A DNA stretch of 53,797 nt, the filler included, from Sphacelaria rigidula (Eukaryota), in assembly GCA_964200075.2 (NCBI GenBank). It is 5 parts of 5 records of this genome, joined end to end, with 100 filler letters (N's around TTAATTAATTAA, not from the genome) between each part and the next. Parts side by side here need not be neighbours in the genome. Positions count along the whole stretch, not along the records: positions 1 to 10,681 come from CAXNAA020006090.1; positions 10,782 to 21,461 come from CAXNAA020006091.1; 3 more parts are not named here. One strand, 5' to 3'. Positions 1 to 12,672 of the stretch are shown piece by piece (positions within the stretch are counted from its first letter, which is position 1; each line of letters starts with the position of its first letter). The position numbers were made by a program, and so were the translations under genes. A model generated the notes under the pieces. It made no database searches and was not told the DNA's origin. It saw only the letters and a list, made by a program, of their open reading frames with translations.

Positions 1-3000
1 GTGATCGGCTCCGACCACTCGCCACGGACCTGTCCATGTGGACATTAACTTTGGCGTCACACCTTGCCTACGAACACGGGTATTCAATATGAAAGTGTCG
101 ACTGCAAACTTGGGCAACACAGCCTACCTTTTAGAAAGCTTGCTTTTGGTTTCGCGAGACACCACGACAGCAGCTTGCACTTCGTTACAAAACCGCACTT
201 GCTCGCCAACCACGCCTCGAACCTTGTCACGCAAAGAATCAGCATCCATGGCATCGACGTTCCACTTGCCGCCAGTGACGGAAGCCAGCGCGGAGAACGC
301 TGTACGCGGCGCACGCCCAAACATCACACAATACGGAGTGTTACGGTAGCGTTCACGAAAAGACGTATTCAACGCACACTGAGCGGCTGGCGAAACATCA
401 ACCGATTCAGACACCGGCCGCCTCTGTTCCGACAAAATAGACCGCAACGCACGAATAACCTCTTCTACCATGCGTTCACAAGCACCATTCGACCGAGGGG
501 TATACGCAACAGCAAATTGGTCTTGTACCTTGAGCGCATCGCTCAACTGCGCGATCACTCGATTCTTGAAGTGCGTGTCGGTATCAATAACCCACACACG
601 CGGCACCCCCAAAATCTTGCACAAATGGAGCACGTGCGTAGCCGTAACCTCGGCGGTGCAAGCCTCGGACGGCTCCAACAAAACGAAATTGGACGAATCA
701 TCCATGATAACCAAAACGTACCGAAAACCATCCTCATCGGGCAAACCATTAACACCTCCAGGTCCGCTTCTTCCGACGTACAGAAAATCAAAGTGAACAA
801 TTCCACGTGGCGCAGTACCCTGCACAGTATCGCCATACGGACGAGGTACAATCGCACCAGCACTAGTGTCTACACAATGCAAACACTGGCGAACGAACTC
901 GCGAACGTGGGAATCCATATGAGGCCACGAAAAACATTCTTTCAAACGAAACAGAGTCGGCGCCACACCACGGTGATCAGCCGACCGCATGTGAGCGCAC
1001 ACCATCAGGCGAGGTTGTAGAGCCTTATCATCACATCCGACGGAATCCACAAAACATCACTACTGCCAACACGCACGCGAAACAAACCATCGTCAGCCAA
1101 AGTAGTTTGCCCGAAAGTCGTAGGAAAAGAATGAACGCCGTCGCCGACTGTTTCGCGCTGCGCGGTACGAATGACATCTAACGAGGGCAGCGAATCATCG
1201 GCATGACACGGGCTGTACACGGCAACAGAACGAACAGGCACGGTAGGAACCTTCACCCAGCCAGACAAGAAATCTCCCCAACGACTGCGCTCTCCAGGAA
1301 CGTGTTCAATGGCATACAGATATTGGCCGAGTATTCCTTTCCATTTTTCAAGCCGTTGTGCCATGGCCTTCGTCACCGATGTGACACACTCTTCGGGGTT
1401 AAAAATATGTTTTAGATCGCGATGATCGGTGAAAATGCGAACGTCACCCCAAAGCAAGTACTCTAGCCTTCAAAATGTATTGGCTATCGCGAAACCTTCT
1501 TATCCCACTGTCGCCCACCGCAAGTGTGAACCCTTGAAACTACCACTCAGAAAAGCCAAGGATTCGTGTGACATGTTTTCGAGCGCAATCCCATTATTGA
1601 ACTCTACGACAGGCACTTACGTTAAAAATTACCCCAGTGAAAATCTGAAGCATCTGAAAACATTGGAACAATGCACCCTGGACGAGGATGGTACAGCGTC
1701 ACCGCTTGCGGCACCAAATCTTGCGCAGCACGCTATGCTCGCACACAATCCTCCGTCCAAGCGTCCTCCGGGATGGTACGATTACGCGCCACCCGCTTGG
1801 TCCGACGCGAAGCCCCGACCATAAGTTGTTCCAGAAATACTCAAAGTGGCGCAACTACTTCCGCCATACGCGGGAGCGAAATCCGCAACCAATTCACCGC
1901 CTGCAGAAACTGCATCAGCTCCCTAGCGGTTTGAGGACGTCGCATATTGCTCAAACCTTGGATGCGGATGGGATCATGCGAAACAGTACCCTTGGCGTAC
2001 ACCTTACCACACCAAACCACTTCGCGGGCAAAGGAAGTGCACTTATGCGCAGCGACGAACAGACCAACACTCTCCAAGCGGCCAAGAATTTCGTCAAGCG
2101 AAGCTCACAATGCTTCTTCGGTTTCAGCAAAATAGAAAACGTCATTCACCCACACTTTACAATCTAGAACTCGCAAAATGTCAGTCAGCACACCTTGGAA
2201 ATGTGCCGTGGTCTTCAACACGCCCTGCGGGACACGAGTAGGCGTAAACAAACCGTCCGGCGTGACGATCGTGAAGATCTCCTGAGCCTCTGGCGCCAGA
2301 GGCATTTGCCAATACCCCTGTAGCAGGTCCAACTTGCCGAAGTATTGGGATCCCAGCAACCTCCGCATGCCTTCTTGACTTGGCATCACCTCCGGAGCCT
2401 GTTCCACTTGCGCGTTAACCGCCTGATAGTCGCGGACCAAACGGAATGTGTCCCTCTTCGGCACCGCCATCGCCGGACTCGCCCACACAGCCTGGGTGTT
2501 CCTGACCACTGAACCAAACGCCACCAAAGCTGTGATGCATGAGGCAAGCCACCTGATCTTCACCGGATAATAACGTCTGGACTTGGCCTTCACCGCATTC
2601 GCCTATGGCTTGAGGTTTACCCTCATTGGCTCTACGCGCGCTGGCGGATCACCACGCAGCGCACGACGAAATGTATCGACGCGACGAGCCAAAGCATCAC
2701 GCAGACAATGTGCGCCATCGGCGCTCAGGCCCTTCTGCTCGGCCTGCTACACGCTATCCTCAAGCGCACGTTCTCTTGCACCTCTCTCCTCCGCTGCGTC
2801 CATAAACATGTCGGCCCCCCATCGACCAAGCGCTTCACCGCTTCATCCGCAGGAGCCTCCTCCTCATTGGCGCTCTGGAATGACCGTATGGATACGGTCA
2901 CACGCCTTGCAGCAAGATAGCTGGGATTTTCCACGCCGGATTGCACCGGCACAGCTCGCGGGCGTAACCTATCCCACGTCAGCGGGTACAAACCAATCCC

Positions 3001-4604
3001 GAGCTCCTTCATCGTCGCCATCCCAAGTAGAACCACATCATCGCTATCGGGCATGACAGGGAACGTAATGGGCTGCAACTCCGCAGCCCCCCATGGCTAA
3101 TCGGCACCGTTCCATGTGTAACCGTCACGGGCGCACCCATTGCGGCCTGTGCCGTTTGCGGTCCGTTTTCGAACGGAATCTAAAGCCGAGCACCGTCAAA
3201 ATGCGAAGACATTTGCTCTAGCAACCCCACACCGATCGACGTGAGCGCGGACCCAGAATCCAGAATAACGCGGGCCATGAACGAACCTACGGAATCAGGC
3301 AAGGAAAGATCTGCGCGTAAGCATTCAGCCTTGCGATCGACAGGTACCACGCCTGCCGAAGAATCCTGGTCGTGACCAAGAGCCACCTGACGTCAGGGTT
3401 GCCCTCCAGCACTTGACATCGGTAACTGAGAATCGTGGGTCCAACCAGACGAGGTCGTCGAATATGCAGACGGCGCTGTTACAGCCGTCGCAGCAGGAGA
3501 TGAACCAGACACGGATCCTGCCTAGCCAGGGGATTGTGAACTATTCGCCCCAGCACTCCCCACCGAAGTATTATCATTTCCAATGTACACTGTCCGCCCC
3601 GCTACGGACGGGCCATAAGGTCCAGAGTCACTACCGGATGACGTAGTGGAAGAAACAGCAGCGGGGGAACCACCATCCGCCGCCGATTGCTTGCTACCGC
3701 GGCCGCCGCGCCCGCGTCCCTGATTGGCACGGCCCCGTCCACCGTGACGGCCGCCTCGAGATCCTGATGATTCTCGCGCATTTTCTTGAGCAGCGTCTTG
3801 AGCGCGAGGCTTGGGGCAATCCTTGATCAGATGTCCGGTGTTGGGCAGTTGTAACACGCGCGAGTGGACGACGCTCGCGAAGACGGCTGCTGTTTCCGTT
3901 GATGTTGGTGTTCGCGGCGCACACCACCTGAACTTGTTGCAGAATTGCGCCGGCTATGTGCTTCAATGAACTTCCACTGGTCGGCGGCATCAAACTTTTT
4001 GTTGAATATCACCGTCGGATTCATTTCCATCCGTCTACATACGTTAGCACGCTTCCAACATACGCCTTGAATTCCGGAGGCGAAATCCCGTCTACCAAAG
4101 CTGTGGAAACCGACTCGGCCGGGCCTGGCAACCAATTCCTGTTCTCTGCACGGTACATGGCCTGCACCGTGAGGTTTTTTGCGAAAACAATTCCATGGAA
4201 TAAGTGACCATCGTCGCACGATCCTTCACAGATTTTTCACCGCTTTGTGGCATAGTAAGGATTTTACGTAGGTTCGCTGCAGCCTGCGCAGTGTCATGCT
4301 TGCTGCCGGGTGTGGTGTACCCGGCATACTGCTTCACAGCATCTAGCAATTCGTTGGGGGTCATAGCCCGACGGTCCTTGTACATATCTTCGAAGCACCG
4401 GTGAATATAGGTAGGGATGAGTTGGCCGATGCTCACTCTCTCATGCCGTATGAGTCCTGTGGCATTGGCTAAATATAGCCTCTGTATGTAGTCAAGATAT
4501 TTGACATAGAAAATTCTTGACGCTTCTTCAGTCCACACTTCGCCATACTTGGGCGGCTCTAGTGGCTCACGTAACACCAGCGGCGCTGCCACCGCTTGAG
4601 CCAT
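1..4604 (-). mobile_element. Decayed Ty3/gypsy LTR retrotransposon internal region (gag-ZnK-PR-RT-RH-INT), running off the left edge
   Basis: Minus-strand ORF fragments in gypsy order: gag-like 4092-4604; frameshifted CCHC knuckle ~3810-3860 (ACYNC../GHLIKDCP); protease ILDSGSALTSI (3180-3386); RT KLDLLQGYWQMPL...PQG...WVNDV (2105-2593); RNase H IFTDHRDL (1005-1457); integrase H..H..C..C, VHFDF, SNGACERM (124-1050). Many stops and frameshifts. Confidence 0.95.
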
Positions 4605-5984
4605 GTCGACTTGAATTCAACAATTCACTGAGAAACTCTTGCCTGACTTGTGCATCCTCCAGCCCACGGAGCGTGTCCCACTGCTGTGCGCTTCAAGTTG
4701 GTCTCGCTGTCTGCGGGCTAAACTAGCTTCCAGCTGCAGCCCACTTTTCTCCTCAGCCAAACTCCTCTGACAGAGTGCCGGAAGAAAAATATCTAGATAG
4801 TATAGCTTCTGCCAGACGATCTGGACAAAAGAACTATCAACGAGGGAACCCTCCAGTAGCACTGGCCTCGTGCTGGGCAGGTTCTTTCTTTTTAAATTGT
4901 TATTATTGCGGAGTGGTCCTCAACCAACCACATCAAGAGCCAGACAGCAAGGGGTCACACGGATAAGGGTTATCAATCCAGGATCCCCTGTCCCCTGTCA
5001 CTGCTCCAATCATGCATGTGTTTATACTGAAACCTACGGCTGGGTATCATTTGGCTACAGGCCTCAAAGCCGGTCTGGGGTCATCCGAGACTATTTCCTC
5101 TATACAGCTATATGCTCAACATCGACATGTCCGCTACAGAAGGTGTTAAGTCGTTTGAAACAACAGCTGTTCTAAACACGAAATGTGCCACAGGTCATGA
5201 GATGTCACCTGCGGGGCGTTCGGTGTCAAAGAATGGATGGGTTCCGTTGTGTAGTATACTCGAAAATCTCGAAAAATTGGCCTGGATTAGCGTGAATGCG
5301 CCTTGCGATGGAAGGCGGTACTGCTGTGTTCGGATTGTTGATACCCCTTGACCGCCACGGTAGGTGATCTGGGTCTCGCGCTCATTCTTCGAGTATTGTA
5401 CATATAGTGCCGATCCAGGAAACAGATTACCTACCTTGGCCTCAGAAGTTGATCCCCCCAAAGCGCGGTACGCACGATTAATGCCGGCAGAAGCCAAAAT
5501 TCCGCTCGTCATATGCAGGCCTTCACTCGGTTTTCATAACTCCGGGTTCTCTTGGGATGCAGGGGAGCTTTGGTGTGCACGGCACGCAACACCGCAACGC
5601 GTTTGCACTCAAATTGGCACCCGTAGGACAACATACCCTCTGCCTGCGGGGAACACGGTCGCTGCCCGAGAGTTCGGTCTGCCTTCGTGGGGGTTGGGAT
5701 GAGGGTCAGGAACCACAATGTCGAGTGAGCGAAATGCCGACCTGGTAGATGGATTATTTTATTTTCCTCACACTTTGAAACCCCCCCTTCCTGGGGATGA
5801 GCCCGCGGTCTCAAGGGATCAACCCATCTCTCCCCCGATACGCGCCTTTCATTCTGGTCTCGCGGATTGGGTCAGCATTCCCGCACTGCGTCAACTGACA
5901 TCACATAAACCCAGTCGACTACTTCGTTTACTCACGTTCTCACGCTTTCCACGGTGGAAATCATACATTACGAAGAACAAAGCC

Positions 5985-6057
5985 AACGCATCGGGAATCG
6001 AACCCCCGTTCTCTCCACCCTGATGGCGACAGTTGTACCACTACACCACGGGGGCGC
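5985..6057 (-). other. tRNA-like Pol III promoter head (SINE head or tRNA pseudogene)
   Basis: Minus strand reads GCCCCCGTGGTGTAGTGGTACAAC...GGGGGTTCGATTCCCGATGC, with an A-box and B-box at tRNA-like spacing. Acceptor and anticodon stems pair poorly. Confidence 0.55.
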
Positions 6058-7307
6058 AGGGCTGTTGCCCTGTCAACCACGGAGAGAATTCTGCGCTGTG
6101 CTCCGCCAAGATTTCCAGTGTATCTGCCAGGGCTCGACGGGAAAACGAATGCCCTTTTAGTTCAAGCGAACGAGATGCCGAGCTGTCAGGTGGACGGCAG
6201 TCCTGTTGGCCATCCATCAATAAAGAATCTCGTGCTGTGCTCATGAAACGGATCTTGACCCTTTCGGAACCGTTCATGCAAAAGTAACGATTCACCATTG
6301 ATGTTATCTCGGGCAAGATATGGCTTTTTTCTGCAAGTGTTGATGCAGCCCACCAACGGTGGACCACTCTCAGGTCAAGTATAATAATGCGACAGATTCG
6401 TGCATCGAACTCATAGTAGTGACGTTTTCCTGGCGACGGAAGCTTGCATATGGGAATTTGTGAATCGTCACTTTTTCATCAACGGTTTCGAAAGGTATAA
6501 GAAAGGACTGGTGCATACCACGAGTATTAGCAAGGCTTCTCGATAGCAGCTATCTCGATGTACAGCTGGCTGCCTCTGAAGGCCTTGCCCGTAACCCCAA
6601 ACTATCATGAGGTACCTGTACGCAATTGTCTTCTTGGTATCAGACCATTGACCCAAGAGCTCACTAGAGATGTGGTCAGCTGATCCTCAGTGATGAGGCA
6701 GTGGAAGCAATATGAGACAAATTCCAGGATTGCAGAGTTGTTGTGTTGTGTATTGGTTGATGATGCTAGGCCTAGACTCGAATGGAAGTCTGGACGAGGA
6801 AGTGCCCGGAAGTCTTGCAGAAGGAACTGTCATCCTGCGATGCTCAAAACTGGAATATGGCAGAGAGCTAATTCCAGCAAATGGAGGAAGGCACAACGCT
6901 GCCTTAGGACCGGGAACGATTCCTGAATCGATCCGTGACACCTCCCCTACCCTTTTCAGCGATCCTCGCGGATCGATGTACCGGCACCACGCAGAACTAA
7001 AGCGAGAAATACTCTGGATGGATCAAAACCCGTAAAGCGGGGGGAAATCACCACCCCGAAAGAAACGCCGAGAGTGTGTGCCCTGACCAAGAGCGGACAG
7101 GATAATACCTCAACATTGGGGAAACCCGGCGACGGGACAAAACACCAAATCTGATGCGCCCCATAAGTGGAATGTATCCAGGGCACAACAAGTGATATCG
7201 AGTAATCCGCGACAACCCTTGGTCAGACAGAATTTCTCAAGCATGGGAAGGTCACTTGCTCTGTACAAAAATATTTTTCCTTGATATTTACCGCCACGCT
7301 TTTGCAG

Positions 7308-7553
7308 CTTGAAGACGGTCTGCGTCTCGTGGTCAGGAATGAAACAGATGGCGCAGCTATTGCCACTTCAGCCTCTGCCGCCACTGCTACCGATGACGTC
7401 GATGCGGCTGCCGCTGAGCGATCCCCCCACGAGCTCTCGGGAGGTCAACAAGCGTTACTGGGGCTGTCCCTAGTGTTGGCTTTATCGACATACCAGGCGC
7501 CACCGCTTTGCCTGCTGGACGAGATAGATGCCGCGCTAGACGAAACAAACCAG
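7308..7553 (+). CDS. SMC-family ATPase, penultimate exon (ABC signature, Walker B, D-loop)
   Basis: tttgcag|CTT...CAG|gtatat, 246 nt, phase 0/0. Encodes LEDGLRLVV...ELSGGQQALLGLSLVLAL...PLCLLDEIDAALDETNQ, an SMC2-like C-terminal head. Confidence 0.9.
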
Positions 7554-8872
7554 GTATATATTTCGTACACTGCACGTCTTCGTGTCTGAAAGTCTTCATG
7601 AGGAAAGTAGCATGTGGCCATCTCGCTGCCAAGAATATGTACAGTAGCGTGAAGCGTCTTCCTAACGAGGATATCGCGGGGAGGGGAGACGAGGTGGGAG
7701 TTCACACATGCAAGGCAATCAAGAGGGATGCATAAGATAATAAGTAGGAAGTCCAGTCCGTCAGGAAAGAGTTTTGAGGGTGTGACTACGAGAAGGGCCA
7801 GCCAAGGATTCCTGTTGGCGGTTGAACAGCTTTGTGCTGCTTCATTTTAGCAGTTTGGAGCTAAACTTTTGACACGACATTGATACGAGTATCATCACAA
7901 CATGGAAACTAGCGGACGCAACCAAATAAAGAACATAGAAAAAAGCGATTTGAAATTTTTGAAAGGAAGGAGAAAATGACATGACGTCATGAAAAGACAC
8001 CTCTGGTTGCCTCCGTGAAGAATATTCAACTTGCGCGCAAAAGGTCACAGTAAGATTTCAACTCAAATCCTGGTATGAGGCAGGGTATTCCACGTTCTGT
8101 GTGACACCGCTGTACCCCGTTGTAACTGGTATCAAAGGCATGTTATAAAAGAAGGCGCTGTGAAGTCGATGGAAATAAAGAGTGAACTCTGGATGCTTCC
8201 GTGAAAAAATTTATCTTGCCTATGGAAGGTCCTTGTAAGATTTCGCCTCAAAACTCCCAAAAATGGGCAGACCATTCCATTTTTTGCGTGACACCGCTGC
8301 ACCAGCCGTCTAACTTGGTGCAAGAGATGTCCACCACAAGGGCAGAAGGTTAGGGATTCGAATCCGGACTGATGCCCGTTTGATTGGCGGACTCGTACTG
8401 ATGATCTCTGATTCTAGGGGGTGGTAGGAAATGGGTGGTACAAACAGCACATTGGCGTTTTCGAGCGTGTATTGAATATGTTTTGTACATTCCAGCTTGT
8501 GGAGAGTGTTTCTCCTCGTAAATTGAATCACTGTCCTCCACGCAGCAAGCGAGTGTCATGATGCCCAGACACAGAACGAAACTGAACATTGCGTGTGCGT
8601 CATAGCCCCTGCAGCAACGGCGCCTGCGATTGAAACAAACACAGGCCGCCAAAAGCCGTGTGTGGATTCTTGCAACGTCGAAACCACACCCAACGTTCTT
8701 CGCTGATTCGATTCGTATGCAATCCGACCCCGTTTGGCTGGTAAGTGGGGGTCTATTACTACGCACCACGTGGGCGCAGGGGCTGGAAACGAACGTTGAG
8801 ACGCCCCTCGTTGCGCCCAAACCCGATCTGATCCGACCCAACCGAATAACTTCCTCGACCTTCGCCATGCAG

Positions 8873-9019
8873 GCCGCGGCGGCACGTCTCGTGGCAATGG
8901 CATTCGAGCATGGACAGGCTTTGTGCGTGTCCCACCATAGCGGCTTTCACCGGCAAAGCGGACACTGTGTCGCCGTAGAAATGCGCGATGGGGCAACCAG
9001 GGTGCAGCGGAACTCGTGA
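8873..9019 (+). CDS. SMC-family ATPase, terminal exon (H-loop region)
   Basis: catgcag|GCC in phase with the previous exon. Encodes AAAARLVAMAFEHGQALCVSHHSGF...DGATRVQRNS*, matching the post-D-loop helix, H-loop strand and terminal strands of SMC heads. Confidence 0.85.
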   Translation, partial: AAAARLVAMAFEHGQALCVSHHSGFHRQSGHCVAVEMRDGATRVQRNS

Positions 9020-9130
9020 CTGTCGAACTCATATGATTGTACTATGTCAATACTGATTCTTCCATACATGCATATCTTTTAACACAGGTTTGGTTATTTT
9101 CACTCGTATTGCAGGGAGCAGGTGGGGGGG

Positions 9131-9220
9131 GTACTCATGATCTTGCATGCCGTAGTCATACGACCATTGACCTCGCGTCCCTACCAATCCGGGACGGAGC
9201 ACGTGGGATTTTCGCCGGGA
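9131..9220. repeat. G/C-tract retroposon family, copy 1 (truncated)
   Basis: gtactcatgatcttgcatgccgtagtcatacgaccattgacctcgc...gacggagcacg, flanked by G runs; homologous to 16281-16583. Confidence 0.85.
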
Positions 9221-9336
9221 ACGGGGGGGGGGAGGAGGAGGGGGGGGAGCAGCTACGCTACCTTTGACGGTCGGCAGAGGTCGTACACGACCTGTAATAG
9301 TGGTTCCGTCAGTCACTTCCCGAATAGCAGAAAATA

Positions 9337-9634
9337 ACACGGGGTCTTACAAATTGGGGATGAATCCTCTATTGAGGATGAGAAATCCGGAGAATTAAAA
9401 TCTTCGTATCCACATCAAATCTCCGAAATATGGTTCCGTTTCTTCACCTACTGATAATTTTTGACAACGACTACACGTCATCCAAATTTGGATCTCGATA
9501 ACTGAAATTTTGGGGTCCTAGGTGAAAAACCAGTTTTGGGGAATTCTGGGTGTCCGAACGGATACGAAGATTTCAATTCTCCGGGTTTCTCATCCCCAAT
9601 AAAAGATCTATCCCCAATCTGTAAGATCCCGTGT
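9337..9634. mobile_element. MITE with ~75-bp TIRs and TA target duplication (Tc1/mariner-like)
   Basis: TA|ACACGGGGTCTTACAAATTGGGGATG... pairs with ...ATCCCCAATCTGTAAGATCCCGTGT|TA. It is an internal-deletion relative of 30307-30735. Confidence 0.85.
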
Positions 9635-10236
9635 TAAATACCTTGATTAAAAACTACGTGGCTGTGGTTATCCAGATAGAGGGATACATGGTGATAGTTT
9701 ACCGTATCTACCTGTATATGTTACAAAAAAACTTGGCGGTCCTACGGTATACGCGAGCTATACCTGGACAGAGACATGCACGCCAGGGCGGACAGGGAGG
9801 GGGCGCTTGAGAGCTGGTCAGGTCCTATTTGGGGTCCGGTTTTCCTCTGGGTGCGTGGGTATTCTCAGTTTGCTTTGATTATTGAGATGGATTGGTATTT
9901 CCAAAATGAACAACGCAGGGGCAAAGTGGATTGTTTTACACAATCAAACACGTCAGTTGACTACCTCACCTGCTCGTTGATGTCAGTAGACATCCAAGGG
10001 CAGAGGACGGGGACAGCGTAAGGAAGGTACACCCACTTTCGTATAAAAAGATTGCCCTGCTTCGCGCTTCGCATCGCGCTTCCAATTTTCATATCCTTCC
10101 ATAGATTGGAATGGAATGGAAAGGGACAGAAGAGACAGGCGCCTTCAATGAAGAGCGATGGGCTCGCCTTCTTTGGCAGCATCTGAGCCGCCGGCGTGAA
10201 GGAGAGAGAGTGCTAGAGCTATTGGGCCCTTCTTAA

Positions 10237-10338
10237 CCCTTAGACCGCGAAGCGGGTAGTACATCTGGATCACGCATTCTTTTTTCTAGTGAGAATTGGT
10301 GCCGATTCAGCAGGTCACCCCCCGTCGCGGTCTTGGAG
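10237..10338. mobile_element. ~100-bp TTAA-flanked MITE (piggyBac-like)
   Basis: TTAA|CCCTTAGACCGCGA...TCGCGGTCTTGGAG|TTAA; homologous copies at 49528-49628 and 50432-50528. Confidence 0.75.
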
Positions 10339-10681
10339 TTAACGAAGGGGATTATCCCCTTTCTCACAATTCCCTTTTGACGAGGGATTGGCCCCATAAC
10401 GACCAGTCACCAGTCCTATCGACAAAAAGTTTTGCACGGTTAGGACAAATCATCACGACTATAAAACGTACGAAAAATGACCAGAAACGCGAAAACAGCA
10501 AAAAACACACAATCTACGCCGATTTCGCTCCGACTTTGTGACGCACAGCAATCGGGGGACTCCTCGGCACCCGGGCCCCGAAAAAAACCCAGAAGAAAAC
10601 ATGTTACTCGCGAGTCACCAAATTCACGATTTTTTCGGCCTCATTGCCCAAAAGGGAGAAAAAAAGTTGATCGCTGGTCCA

Positions 10682-10781
10682 NNNNNNNNNNNNNNNNNNN
10701 NNNNNNNNNNNNNNNNNNNNNNNNNTTAATTAATTAANNNNNNNNNNNNNNNNNNNNNNNNNNNNNNNNNNNNNNNNNNNN
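10682..10781. other. Assembly linker (44 N + TTAATTAATTAA + 44 N)
   Basis: Identical 100-bp spacer at four places; TTAATTAATTAA gives stops in all six frames. Confidence 0.97.
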
Positions 10782-12486
10782 ATACTCTCCACCAAAACGT
10801 AAAAATCCAGAAAAGTGCACTGCCAAAAAGGGGCGTGGTCACTCATGAAGGTCCACTCATGTAGAAAAACAACACGTCAGAGCCTAATTCCTTGGCCACG
10901 CGATTTGGCGTGTGCCTCTCAACGGATCCTTGCTGCAACCAACAAATCGGGTATACCTTTAGTAATAGAACTGTATCTCATTACTTGTCATTCATCCATA
11001 TATATGTTATGGCCCAATCACAAAATCCATTTCCCTCGCAGGCCTGCTTACATGTATCAATCATTGAGTGTGAGCATATTCGATTAGCCTTCCTACTCAC
11101 GGCTCAACTCTACTTCAATTCTCAAGTCTCATACTCTCATATTCCATCAGCCCGAACGTCGCACAGCCCCACTTTGTGCTGCGTGAGGTGTATTACTCCT
11201 GCTTGCGCTGTCGCGTTCGGACCGTACGTCCTCGTGGACGGCGTTGGGGTGTCATACAATGGTGTTGCACACCTTATATCTTCTTGCATGGAGCCCCGTA
11301 ACATCGTTCTTCAGTTGTACTCGACTGTAGTAAAGTGTGTCTACTGATTGTACTCGTAGTTGTAGTTGGGTTAGGCTGGTTGCGAAAGGCTGTTCCGGTC
11401 GGTTGTCGGCCAGTTGCCAGTATGTCGCCTGTCTGGACGCTGGTAGTCACGTTCACCTGATGTCTTCCACATAATCCTGTGTGCCTATGCCTCGCAGCGT
11501 TTTCTCTTCCTGCGCGTACTGTGCTGGCGCTCGGTAAGCGAGCGGAGGGGGCAGTGTGTGCGCCGGGGGCAATGGGCTGCCCCAGCCGCTCTTGCAGCGT
11601 TTTCAGCGAAACGCTTGGCAGCGTCCTGGCCGTGCTTCTCAGCTACCTCTTCCAGCTGAACGGGAATTGCATATGGGTAGCTCTTCAGCGCTTCCACATG
11701 TCGCGACGGGATTTCCACGTGCTCCGCCATATCATTGTCGCCGGCCGTATAGCGTGGCTTCCTACGCTCGCCAACTCTTGATGATGCAGCCCACCAAAAC
11801 GGTGCACTACTCTCAGTTCAAGTATACTATTCATAGTGCGCCAGTCCAAGTCCAAGTATACTAATGTGACATATTCGGGCACCGAACTCGAATTGAGGTA
11901 TTTCACAGATTCTAATGACAAAATCACATATGCAAGAGTGTGTACTGTTCTGCGAGCGTTTTGTCGATGCACACAATTGGACACGCTTCGTCCGTCGCGC
12001 GATATCTTTGGACGAATCCAACCCCACCGCTCCGGGTTTCATTTCGGTACACCCATGACGTGTGCGTCTAGGGTCTTGTTTGGTCTTCCACAGTATAGAT
12101 GGTTGCCGTCGGGCTTTTCTGTTTCCATGCTTTCTTCTTTGTCAGGGCTTCTCATGATGAGGCGTCTGGCCCGAGTACGGGAGGGGAGAGTTCCAAAAGG
12201 GTTCACCTACCATAGACACTTTTTTACGATAGCCTCGCCGCCAAAAGTGCCTGGTTCAGGGAGGCAAGATCTTCACGTAAATCGAACCGGGAAAATCCGA
12301 GCGCAACGAGCAGCTGGGAGTTCCCACGCTTGTGTTCGTGGGGTTCGTTCTCGCCAATACCGCCCATATGAAGAGCTTCCTTCAGCCTGAGCCCATACAT
12401 CAAGCGCTGTAAGGTCATTTTTTCTTGACACGTTTGGACTGGGTTTTGTTTTGGGGGGGAGGCTGTCGTAGAAAGTGTACAGAGCA

Positions 12487-12672
12487 TAGCCCGGGCATAA
12501 GCATGGAATAGAGTAGTTGACCCTCCTTTTCATTAACCCACCATAACACTGCCCGGACAAAACATGAAACAGAGCGACTGTCTTTCGGTTTTCTTTAACC
12601 CATCAAAACACAGCCCGGACATGGACATGGAGTAAAGAAGCCAAGCCTCCTTTTCTTTGACCTACCATAACA
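12487..12672. repeat. Degenerate ~62-bp tandem repeat, 3 copies
   Basis: Units approximately: gcccggRca...catgRa...ttttcWttRaccYaYcaWaaca, starting at ~12487, ~12549 and ~12611. Confidence 0.7.

Noticed and set aside
64-1020. 318-aa plus-strand ORF
   Set aside because: Antisense shadow of the gypsy integrase, with no motifs of its own.
4898-5178. Possible 5' LTR of gypsy 1 (TGTT...AACA)
   Set aside because: No TGG-type primer binding site follows it and there is no second LTR in the window; boundaries are ambiguous.
10726-10737. TTAATTAATTAA palindrome repeated four times
   Set aside because: Always centred in N runs; it is a synthetic six-frame-stop linker.
11485-11780. Possible minus-strand exon (MAEHVEIPSRH...)
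   Set aside because: Coding-like composition, but no recognisable domain and no clean splice partners.
12487-12672. CRISPR-like repeat/spacer pattern (also 35630-35812)
   Set aside because: Repeats are degenerate, the spacers are related to each other or irregular, there are no cas genes, and the context is eukaryotic.
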